Source: Felis catus (Eukaryota). Taken from it: a stretch of DNA of 64,000 nt. The position numbers were made by a program, and so were the translations under genes. The notes beneath the pieces are model-generated. The model ran no database searches and was not told the DNA's origin. It worked only from the letters and a program-made list of their open reading frames with translations. Shown here in pieces: positions 49,521 through 60,130 of the stretch. Numbering within the stretch: position 1 is the first letter of the stretch; each line of letters begins with the position of its first letter. The DNA lies in assembly GCF_018350175.1 (NCBI RefSeq), contig NC_058369.1, positions 17,920,001 through 17,984,000 of the forward strand, written 5' to 3'.

Positions 49521-50298
49521 AAAAACAACAATAACAAAATAACTATAAGGAAAACAGAATGAGCATATATAAAATTAAGAAACAAAAGAGACACTTCAAT
49601 CAAATGCAATGTGCATATCTTATCTGGGTCCTGATATGAATAAATCAATTGTAAAAAAAAAATTATGGGAAAATCAGGGACATTTGACCACAACCAGATA
49701 TTTGGGTGAAAAAAATAATGTACTGTCATTGGTTTTTAGGCAGAAAAAATGGCATTGTAGATAGCATGGGTAGCTCTTTGTCTCTTAGTGATACACAATG
49801 AAATACTTATGGATAAAATATGTTCTAGGGGTATGCCACCTAAAAAAAGTCAGCTTTTTTTTAAGGTGGGGAGTGACAGGCAGAGTGACGTGGAACAAGA
49901 TGGACTAGGAGTTGGTAACTACAGAAGCCAGTGATGGATGACAGACCAAACCAACTGTTCATAAGCTTAGGAGACTGTCTCTTCCTTCAAACTCTGAGGT
50001 GGACTATAAATTCAATTTTGTGGAAACAGGACCTTTTCTTGCTCCCAGAGTATATTGCAAAATACTAATACCACTTGCTACTTTTATTACTTGGTATTCA
50101 AGTAGGCAAAAAATATAATTTATTTAAAAAACAAAAACGTGTAATCACACAAGAGAAATCATCTGCTTACCACCCACTGTAAAACAATGTGCTCCATTTG
50201 TTAGGGTGATTACCTCACTAGGTACAATAACTTCACCTAAAGGGAAAATTCTTCCCCAGAGCATCTTCTCTATGATCCCAACAATGGAAAATTTTCAC

Positions 50299-50333
50299 CT
50301 CAGTAAGCTGGCCTCAGGGAGGCTCAGGCTCAT
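50299..50333 (-). CDS. IP6K2: IP6K2 candidate alternative upstream exon, coding part (N-terminal extension MSLSLPEASLL-R)
   Basis: ATG at 50333; donor AG|gtgaaa at 50299 (phase 2) is in frame with exon 2; candidate acceptors give exon starts at 50368 or 50391. Confidence 0.6.
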
Positions 50334-51539
50334 CCCTGTTGCCTAGATACCAGTGACATCTCTGGTGCCTACAGAAGGCTCTGGCACCCCTCTGCAAGGG
50401 AGACTGGCTAAGGTTCACCAGTCAGCGGTTGCTCCTTCCTCCCACATTCCGCTGCCCAACAGACCCCAGGAGAGTATACAGTTGTACCGGTCTGTCACTT
50501 ACGAAATGGTGAAGCACAGAAGTTCTATTACATCTGCTGAACTGGTTTTCACAATTATCTCAACTCTAGTGCTGGCTCTCATGCATTTGATTTCTTTCTA
50601 GCAATTCCTGTGAACTCTAAAGTCACAAGGCAAATAAACCAATTGGAGTAACAGTTAACAGTTCAACGGACTTTTTCTCCAAAGAAAGAGTCACTAAGCC
50701 ATCAACTGGCCTTTCCTGTCAAATACGATAAAGTATTCATTTTGCTCGGTTTCTAATTCTGATAGTGGCTAAAGTTAAAACAGTAACACCACCACCCTGA
50801 AACTTCTCTTCACATACTTAACACCAGGCTACAGGATGCAATTATGCGAGCTCCACAGCAGCAACCTCTGTAAATAAGCATCTGAGGTCACTTAAATGTA
50901 ACCCTACTAAAAATGCAAATACTTTAAATACTAGAATTCATCAAAATTACCGTAATCATGGTGCTTTATAAAAAAAAAAAAAATCATAAAGCTGGTGAAC
51001 TGGAACATCTCTGTTAGCCACTTTTGAAAAGTTTCAGTACTTTTTCTTCAAACTATTCTTTCATTCTTCCAACTATTATTTTATTCTTGGGTTACGTGCA
51101 ACTACCAAAATGTTTCATTCCAAGCAGTAACTAGTTCTGTTGCCCTGGTACGTAAGAGCACCGGGTTTTCTGTTTTCCACATTTTGTTTTCACAACGTTT
51201 GGCCTCATTTGTCTGCGAGTGCAGCTTTCTTAACATAGGAAACTGAGAAAAATGATACAAACCCTTAGAATGCAAGAGACAAAAGCAGTCTTTAAGCCAA
51301 TGTGAAAGAAATGAAAGCTCCACCCACGGCGACGCTTATCACTATTAAAGAAGGCGTCCTCTGATCCATTCTGGGACTTTTTGGGATAACAAGGTGGGCA
51401 GATTTCCTCACCGTACACCAGCTGACAGGCCCCACTGGCACTCAACACTCAAAATGGCTGCACATCTGCCGGCCCCATAAACGGCACCTGAGGCGGTGGG
51501 CTGACTCCTCCACCCGCAGACTCAAGGAGAACCCCCCCA

Positions 51540-51905
51540 CCCCCAATAACCCGGGACACCACGGACGCCGCTGTCCTGGGAAGCAATGACCCAGGAGATC
51601 GTTCCCCCACAAAGGTCTGAGAAAACCTCCTCAACGACCGGGGTAGATCCTGCACCGCCAAAATACCTGGGAGACCCCTCAATGACCAGAAAAGACTCTG
51701 TCCCTCAAAATCAGGGGAGACAGTCTCCCCCCAGTAACCTGAAGAAATAACGCCTCTCTCAAATGACCGGGGGATATCCGGCCCCACAAACACCCTGAGA
51801 GATCCCCCCCGCCCCCAAGATCGCGGGAGAGCCCCTCCCCAAATAACTCGGAGACACTCCTAATGACCAGAGACTTCGCCCCCGAACGGCCCGGAGACAT
51901 CCTCC
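51540..51905. repeat. Degenerate minisatellite, ~21-29 nt unit, about 13 copies
   Basis: Recurring C(n)AAATGACC(N)GGAGAY-like motif. Confidence 0.65.
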
Positions 51906-51956
51906 ACCAAATCTACCAGGGCGGCAGAGCCTTAGGCCGGACAAGGCGGGCGTTAC

Positions 51957-52025
51957 CTGCGGCCTCGGCCCGTCCAGCGGTGCTTCCGTCCTATTGTTTC
52001 TCTCCCATCAAGATGGCGGCGGCCG
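51957..52025 (-). other. IP6K2: IP6K2 non-coding exon 1 (5' end approximate)
   Basis: Donor GCAG|gtaacg at 51957 inside a CpG island, just downstream of YY1/CCAAT/ETS/GC-box motifs. Confidence 0.8.
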
Positions 52026-52200
52026 CGCCGAGCCCCGCCCACCGCGCCTCGCTCCCGGAGCCCCTCGCTATTGGCTCACACCGGAAGCCCAGCTCGCGGA
52101 CTGGGCAGCGCGAAAAGCGCTGTTGCTAGGGCGCCGGGATCCGAGGCAGCGGCTTCCGGGAGGGGCGGGGCGAGGAGCGGGGCCAGGGATGGGGCGGAGC
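52010..52200 (-). promoter_or_regulatory. IP6K2: IP6K2 CpG-island promoter
   Basis: YY1 AAGATGGCGGC at 52010-52020; CCAAT (reverse) at 52070-52074; ETS CCGGAAG at 52081 and CTTCCGG at 52153; GC boxes near 52162 and 52191. Confidence 0.85.
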
Positions 52201-52829
52201 CTTGCCTGCCTTCAAGGGGGAGGTCAGGTGGGTGGTAGGGTGGACAGATGGGTTTGGGGTATGTGGGGTGCTAGGGATGCTTGGGTGAACGGATGGCTCA
52301 ACCAAGTGTCCCATTTTTCCAGAGTCCAAGGGTTTCCCGGGATGTGGGCTTTCCAAGACTAATACTGACGAAGTCTGCAACAAACTGCGAAGTTCTTCAC
52401 CCTAGCATACGGCGGGACACAGGACTAGATGTGGTTGGATGGAAAGATGGGCAATAGAGTGACTGTAGACGGTGAGCAAAGGAAGGTTATATGCACAGGT
52501 GGATGGATGACTGGATGCAGAGGGGTGGACAGAGGAATGACTGTAGAGTCCTCTGGGGACTGGCAGATGACCCATTGCCAACATAGGCCCTACCAACCTC
52601 CATACTGCATGACTTGTCTGAGGCTCATTTGTCCTGGGTCATATGGGTTGGCCAGAAGAGCTCCCACCTGAGTGCATGTCCGTGTAGCTGGCAAATTCGA
52701 GGGGGGAGGGAGGTGCTACTGAGAGTGGTCAGAGCCTCCTACCTGATCTCCACTTTTTTGTAAATGAGGCCAACGTTGCAGCCCCATGCTGTACGTGCAC
52801 TGGGGGGTTGCAGAGGTGTAGATTCATGC

Positions 52830-54110
52830 ATATGCTTATTTATTCAACAGATAGGTACTGAATACCTATACACTGTGCTGGAAATATAGCATTGAACCAA
52901 AATAGTTCAAGGGGGGGGGGTGGCGGGTGGCTGCCTTTATAGGAATGGGCAAGAACGACTTCCTGTGACCAGCTGATCTCTCTTCGCTTGGAAACACTTT
53001 ACCTGTGAGTTTCAGGGCTCCATGCCCTTGTGGTTTCCTCTCACCTCACTGGTTCCTCCTCTTTGCCTCCTCTCTCTGTCTACATTATTTCTGTCATAAT
53101 CTTATCCAGGTTCATGGCTTCAAATTCCACCTCCATGCCCATCACTCCCAAAAGTGTATGTCTAGTCCAGACCCTGAGGGCCACACTCAATGCCCAGCTG
53201 TAGACTCTGCATCTGCACTCTGACTTCCACTTGGCATCTCAAATTCAACTTGTGCCACCCTAGCTCTGGCTCATCCCCCAAACACACTCTACCTCACTTC
53301 CCCCAGCTCAAAGTGATGACTGCTTAGTCCTTTCTATTGCTCAGACCAAAGGCCTCATAGTACCTCTTAACTACTTTCTTTCCACTTACATTCAAGAAGT
53401 CCTATTCCTTCCATGCATCATCTACCCAGGATGAGAGCACTTCTTGCCAGGTCCATGGCTTCCACCCAGCCCAAACCACCACCATCTCTCTCTCTAGGGC
53501 AATGTCACAGCCACCTTCCAGTCTCCTGCTGCTGCTCTTGCCACCTGCAGTCCATTCTCCACACACCAGCCTGTAAATGCATAAATCAGAATCCCTCTTG
53601 ACCTGTTCAGAGCCCTGCAGTAGCACCTGCCCAAGGAAAAGTCAGAGCTGTCAGGGGCCTTATGAGCCCCCATTACCTCTGTGGCTGCATCTCCCCTGTT
53701 CATCTCCGGCTCCACTGCTCAGCAGCTCGATTTCTCACATATCACACTCCATGCACTCCCCTGGCTCAGGAGCTGGGCTCCAGGTGTTCCCATACCTGGA
53801 ATGCTTTCTGCAGATTTCCACAGGACTGTACCCAAATGCCCTCGAAGTCCCTCATTTCAGACTGCAACAGGCACCTTTCAACCAGCACGTGAGATCACCT
53901 TTATCCCCTTACGCTGCTCCACTCTTTTCCATAGCAGTTACCTTTTTTATGGAAGCATTTATTATCCTTTATAGGAAGCGTGGTTTCCTCCACTAGAACA
54001 AGAGCCCTGTGAAGTAAGAATCTCTCTGTTTTAGTCACGGATATATTCTGAGCACCTCAAATACCAAGGAAGCTCCAGAAGTACCTGTTGGCTGACTGAA
54101 TAAGAATGGC
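52830..54110. mobile_element. L2-like fragments
   Basis: tttattcaacagataggtactgaataccta; catggcttcaaattccacc; cagtccattctccacac; ccactagaacaagagccctgtgaag. Confidence 0.6.
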
Positions 54111-55874
54111 ACGTGGTATTAAACGATTAGGGCTATGGAAAAAAATTAAAATGGGGCAGCAGGAGGGAGGTTGGGGCAGGGTGAGAGTACCCCAGATCAA
54201 GGCTAGCCCTGCCTGGGTCAGGCCCAAAGGTCCCCACACTCAGCAGGGTTGCTAGGAAGCCCAACCCAGCGTTTGCTCCTGTTCCCTGCCTATAGTCACA
54301 GAATAAAAAAAAGCCCAACAGGCACCAGTCATTCAAGCCCTCACAGATAAGCACTGTCCCACCTTCCTCTGATGACCCACTCTCCCATTCCAATGTTCCT
54401 ATGTGTGGGGTTGAGGCTGGACAGAGTAGAGTCTCCCTGGGGCAGCCCCGCATTAATTCACTCTTATATTTCTTCCATAAGTGTTTACCAAGGGGTGACC
54501 TGGGCTAGACACTAGGTACATGAGAAGAAGGGACACGGCAAGAATTTGAAGGATTTATAGAGTCCTTGCCCCACAGTGAGGAGTGTGGGGAAGTAAAGGA
54601 TGGATCCAACAGTAAAAACAACAACAACAGCCAAACAAATAAACACCCAGCTTCATTATGGGCAGTGTGAATAATGAAGAAAGGGAACCAAGCTGATGTC
54701 CAGAGTATGGTGTTTATGTCCAATGCAGCAGGAAAGGTATATCTGAGAAGGGGACATCTGAGCTAAGATGAACCTGGAGGCCTGGCTGAGCAGGGAAAGA
54801 GAAGCCATTCCAGGAAGATAGCATAACAAGTGCAAAGATCCCCAAGGAAAGAACAAGTTTGGTATGTTGGAGGAATATGAAGAAAGTGGTTGGGTCTAAT
54901 GGAAGAAACAGCTCAAAGTTCAATGGAAAGCTCAAAGGCATGAAGGAACAGACCACAGACAAGAGATCTGGAGGCCAAATCCAGGCGTCCTATTGTGCAA
55001 ACAAGAGTTCTAGAAGGAGAAAAAGGGATGGCTGAAATAGAGGCACAAACCAAATAAATGGTAGAAGAAAACTTTTCTGACTTGAAGAAAAAGCTGTGTC
55101 TGCAGATGGGAGGTACTGGCCTCATTCCCAGGCAGTATGGAAAAGGAAAGACTATAGTGAATTCTTAAACTCCAAGGAGAAAGAGAACATTGTACAAGCT
55201 CACAGATGGATAGAACAAGTCACCTACCAAGGAGGAAGGGCCAACTGGCCTTAAACTCTCCCCCATAACAGGTAAATTATCCTGAAGGGTCAGTCCTCAT
55301 GCCTGGAGGGAGAAGGTAGCCATTAACGTAACGGAAAATGTAGTGAAGTTTCCAAATTACCAAGAGAAAAAATGGAATGAATGACATCTTAAAAGAGAGA
55401 GAGAAAAGAGGAAAGTAGTAGGTAGTTGGTAGTTTCATATAGTTCAATTGAATAGAAAGATAAAATCGTAAAGTAAAAAATAATAAGCATAAAGGAATTA
55501 TGGAATGAGCAAACATTCATGATTGCATAATGTCATGATTGGGAATCTAGAAAATCAAAAGGACTTCTTTGAAAACTACTACAATTAATAAGAGAAAATG
55601 TTAAGGTAATAAATACAAGAAAAATATGTCAAAAATTTCCTACAAATAAGCCCCTAGAAATCAAAAAGAATGAGGAAAATATTCGATTAACAATAACAGA
55701 GCTATAAAATATTTAGGAATAATTTATTATGAAAAGTATAGGAATTGTACTAGATGGGAAATTTCCTACAGAAAATTGTATTAAGAGTCTTAGAGGTCGG
55801 GGAATGGGGTCAGGATTCATCCATCACTTGAAACTGGACACTTGCCACTTTGGACAAAATTTGGATTTTTTTTA

Positions 55875-56297
55875 CCCTTTTTTTTAAAGTTTTTAAAATG
55901 TTTATTTATTTTTGAGAGAGAGAGAGAGGCAGAGCATGAGCGAGGGAGGGGCAGAGAGAGAGACACAGAATCCAAAGCAAGCTCCAGACTCCGAGCTGTT
56001 AGCACAGCCTGACCCAGGGCTCGAACTCAACAGCTATGAGATCATGACCTGAGCTGCAGTCAGATGCTTAACCGACTGAGCCAACCAGGTGCCCCTTTAA
56101 TTTTTGCTTCATGTTTATTTTTGAGAGAAAGAGAGAGAGAGAGAGAGGCGGAGAGAGATGGAGACACAGAATCTGAACCAGGCTCCAGGCTCTGAGCTGT
56201 CAGCACAGAGCCTGACGTGGGGCTCAAACTCACAAGCTGTGAGATCATGACCTGAGCTGAAGTTGGATGCTTAACTGACTGAGCCACCCAGGTGCCC
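55875..56297 (-). mobile_element. Two tandem antisense SINEC_Fc-like elements
   Basis: Ends near 56095 and 56297. Confidence 0.9.
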
Positions 56298-56429
56298 CGG
56301 GACACAATTTGGATTTGTTAGCAAAGATAAAGGAGAAAAAGGGTATTGGGAGGCAACCAAAAGAACCTCACAACATGAAAAAATAGTCAAGTTCATCAGA
56401 AGGCAAGGAATACAAATCAAAGTTAAAAT

Positions 56430-56825
56430 GTAACAATGGCAAAACTATGGAGAGAGTAAAAAGATCAGTGGTTGCCAGGCATTTGAGGGAGAGGAAGAGA
56501 TGAATAAATGGGTGGAACACGGAGGATTTTTTAGGGCAGTGAAACTGTTCTGTATAATACTATAATGGTGGGCTCATGTCATTATCCATTTGTCAAAACC
56601 CATAGAATGTACAACAAAAAGAATGAACTCTATGTAAACTCTGGACTTCGGTTGATAACAGGTCAATATTGGTTCATTGATTCTTACAATCGTACCACAC
56701 TGATGTGGGATGCTGATGGTGAGCAAGGCTGTGTGTTGGGGCAAAGAGGTGATATATGGGAACTCTGTACTTTCTGCTCAATTTTGCTATGAACCTGAAA
56801 CCACTCCTTTAAGAAAAGGCTATTA
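56430..56825 (+). mobile_element. Old L1 3' end
   Basis: ggcaaaactatggagagagtaaaaagatcagtggttgccagg...tatgggaactctgtactttctgctcaattttgc. Confidence 0.75.
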
Positions 56826-56832
56826 AATTTAA

Positions 56833-57085
56833 CATTTTTTAATGTTCATTTATTTATTTGGAGAGAGAGAGAGCACAAGTGGTAGGAAGGCAGAGAGAAG
56901 AAGAAACGGAATCCCAAGCAGGCTCTGCACCATCAGTTCAGAGCCCAATACAGGCTCAAACTCACGACCCTCGAAATCATGACCTGAGCGGAGATCAGGA
57001 ATTGACTGTGCCACCCAGGCACCCCAAGGCTATTAATTTTTTTTAATGTTTATTTATTTTGAGAGAGAATGGGAGAGCGCGCATG

Positions 57086-57131
<46 letters not shown>

Positions 57132-57293
57132 AGAGCTGGGAGGGGCAGAAAAAGAGGGAGAGAAAGAATCCCAAGCAGGCTCTGCGCTGTCAGCACACAG
57201 CCCCATGTGGGGCTTGATCTCATGAGCGGTGAGATCATGACCTGAGTCAAAATCAAGAGTCAGACGCTTAACTGACTGAGCCACCCAGGCACC
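56833..57293 (-). mobile_element. Two antisense Can-SINEs, the second with a (CA)n microsatellite (~57092-57128)
   Basis: SINEC motifs. Confidence 0.9.
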
Positions 57294-57679
57294 CTGGCTG
57301 TTAATTTTTTTTTAAGAAGAGAAACAAGGTAAGTCACTTTATATTTAGTAAACTAGCAAAAGTTAAAAAGAACTGCACCAACTCTTGCTTTTCAGGATGT
57401 AAGGAAAAGGATTTGTCCCAACATTATTGACAAAGACTGGTTACAACCTTTTTGGAAAGCAATTTTGCAAACCCCAGTAAAATAAAAATGCAAACGCCTT
57501 TAAACCCTATAGTCGCAAACTTTGGATTCTCACTTATAGAAATAAAAGCACTGAGATGTGGGCTATATGGTCAGGGATATTTATTGCTACATCATGTGTA
57601 GTGGGAAAAAAATTGCAAAGTGATGGCCCATCCACAAGGCCATGGTTAGGAACATTTTGGTGCCTTCACACTGCTCTGG

Positions 57680-58125
57680 CTACTATGCTATGTAACAAAT
57701 TACCCAGCTTTAGTGGCTTAAAACAGTTACATTTATTTTGCTCACAAATCTGCCATTTGAGCAAGATTCAGCAGAAACTGTTCTCTGCTGCATCCGTTTG
57801 GGCAGCTTGAATGCTGGGGCTGAAATCATCCAAAGTTCATCACTTGAGGTGTAGCTGTCAGCTGAGGCTTGAGCTGAGACCTGAAATGCCCACGCGTGGC
57901 CTCCATGTGGCCTGGGCCTCCTCACAACTTGGTGGCTAGGTTCCAAGGATGGTTGTCCCAAGAGAGAAGAAGCCAGGTGGAAGCTGTATCCCCTTTCTAA
58001 CCTAGACTCAGAAGTCGCAGTGTCTTTTCTGCCTCATTTTATTCATTAGAAGCAAAGTCACTAAGTCTGGGATATATGTTCAAGGAGAGGGAAATTAGAC
58101 TCCACCTTTCACTGGAGAAGTACCA
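57680..58125 (-). mobile_element. MaLR LTR (MLT1-like)
   Basis: tgtaacaaattacccagctttagtggcttaaaacag...ttgctcaca; ggcctctccatgtggcttgggcttcctcacaac-like segment; gaaattagactccacct. Confidence 0.75.
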
Positions 58126-58142
58126 AAAAGTCTAGGGACAGA

Positions 58143-58596
58143 GTTTTGTTTTTGTTTTTGTTTTTAATTTTTTAAATGTTTTTAATTTTTTATTTTTGAG
58201 AGAGAGAGACAGAGTGCGAGCGGGGGAGGGCCAGAGAGAGAGGGAGACACAGAATCCAAAGCAGGCTCCAGGCTGTGAGCTGTCAGCACAGAGCCCGACT
58301 TGGGGCTCAAACCATGAGATCATGATCTGAGCCAAAGTCAGATGCCAACTGAGCCACTCAGGCACCCCTGTTTTGTTTTTTTTGTTTTTGTTTTTGTTCT
58401 TTTGTTTTGTTTTTGAGAGAAAGGCACGAGAGGGGGAGAGGGGAAGAGGGGCAGAGGGAGAGAGAGAAAGGATCTTAAGCAGGCTCTATGCTTAGCGTGG
58501 AGCCCAACACAGGGCTCGATCCCATAACCCTGGGAACATGACCTGAGCCAAAATCAAGAGGTGGATGCTCAACCGACTGAGTCACCCAGGTGTCCC
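58143..58596 (-). mobile_element. Two antisense Can-SINEs
   Basis: (TTTTG)n tails; heads end near 58368 and 58596. Confidence 0.9.
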
Positions 58597-58762
58597 TTGG
58601 GGACAGGTTTTATGTCATCATCAAAAAGAAGGAATTGGAAAAACACCACTTGAATTGGAGGGCTTGAAACAAGTTGAGATGAATGAGAAAAGAAAGATGC
58701 AGAAAAGTGGGTACAAAATGGCCTAATGTACACAACAAAGGCAAACCACTCTATGTCAGTGT

Positions 58763-59005
58763 AAGTTGACCCATGTACATCACAGGTTTGGACTCCATTT
58801 ATTTGCATATTTTTCCCATAAATACAGTACAGTACTGCATATGTATTTTCTCTTATGATTTTCTTTCCTCTAGCTTACTTTATTGTAAGAATGGAGTACA
58901 TAATACATATAACATACAAAACGTGTCGAACAACCGTTCATGTTATTGGTAAGGCTTCTGGTCAACAGTAGGCTATTAAATTAAAAAACATTTTTAATGT
59001 TTATT

Positions 59006-59037
<32 letters not shown>

Positions 59038-59211
59038 CACAAGCGGGGAAGGGGCAGAGAGAAGGAGACACAGAATCCGAAGCAGGCTCTGGGCTCTGAG
59101 CCGTCAGCACAGAGTAGGCTATTAAATTTTTGAGGAGTCAAAAGTTATACATGGGTTTTTTTTGACTGTGCAGAGGGTTGGTGCCCCCTAACCTCCGTGT
59201 TGTACAAGGGA
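58763..59211. mobile_element. Tigger2-like MITE with a nested 5'-truncated SINE (~58983-59112, minus strand)
   Basis: Ends agttgacccatgtacatcac ... gtgttgtacaaggg; nested SINE flanked by TSD AGTAGGCTATTAAATT. Confidence 0.75.
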
Positions 59212-59309
59212 TAAAAGATAAAGACTGTGCTAAGACCCAGCAGTTAGGATGGGTTCTCCCTTATGCATTTAATTATAGGTGTTTATATCACCATATGAAG
59301 AAAGTGGCT

Positions 59310-59420
59310 ATTTATTTGTTGTTGTTTTTTAAGTAAGCTCTACACCCAATGTGGGGCTTGAACTCCCCACCTGGAAATCAAAAGTCACATGCTCCACTGA
59401 CTGAGCCAGCCAGGTGCCCC
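59310..59420 (-). mobile_element. Short, older Can-SINE
   Basis: ctctacacccaatgtggggcttgaactc...tgagccagccaggtgcccc. Confidence 0.85.
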
Positions 59421-59908
59421 AAGAAAGTGTTTTTTTAGAGAGGCATGTTTAAGTGGTTAAGGATCAAGAAAATCGAGGTAATGACCACCTTATATTAAGC
59501 CAAGACAGAGCAGGGAGGAATGACTGAAGAGCCGCAGGGACACTGCAGGGCGCCAGGAGTGTTTGGCCTGTGAGAAATCATTGAGCGGAATGTCTTTGTT
59601 TTATGCACCTTTCGGTATTAGTTATATTCCACACTTTGAAAATTTTTTAAATTAAAAAAAAAAAAAAAGGCAAAGCAAAGCAAACACTGCAGAAGGTTCC
59701 CAGTGGGTGGAGAGTGAGGAGCCCAGGGGAGGGATCCCAGCCCAGACCACTGGACACTCAGCTCAGCACAGTGTCCCAGGTGGAGGTATAAACCTGAGGT
59801 TGAGCAGCATGGAGATAACACCCAAAGCCACACTGCTTCTAACAAAATGCTGAAGGGTCCCAGGGTGGGGAGTGGAGTGGAGCCCTCCCTGGGACACTCA
59901 ACATTTAA

Positions 59909-60130
59909 AAAAAAAAAATTTTTTTTTTTAATCTTTATTTTTGAGAGAGTGGGAGAGACAGAGTGAGAGCAGGGGAGGCACAGAGAGAGAAGGAGACACA
60001 GAATCCAAAGCAGGCTCCAGGCTCCGAGCTGTCAGCACAGAGCCCGACACGGGGCTTAAACCCACGAACCATGAGTTCATGACCTGAGCCGAAGTCGGAC
60101 GCTTAACCGACTGAGCCACCCAGGCGCCCC
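59909..60130 (-). mobile_element. SINEC_Fc-like element with TSD
   Basis: TSD ACACTCAACATTTAA at 59894-59908 and 60135-60149. Confidence 0.93.

Noticed and set aside
51540..51905. Repeat-spacer appearance suggesting a CRISPR-like array
   Set aside because: The units are degenerate with no constant repeat, the context is mammalian, and there are no cas genes.
4266..60119. Many similar short ORFs (MAQSVEHPTSAQVMIS..., GSVLTAQSLEPASDSVSPSLS)
   Set aside because: They are translations of Can-SINE copies, not a gene family.
3858..60130. tRNA-like A/B-box sequences (TGGCTCAGTCGG...GTTCGAGCCC)
   Set aside because: These are the tRNA-derived heads of SINEs, followed by SINE body and tail; I found no standalone tRNA.
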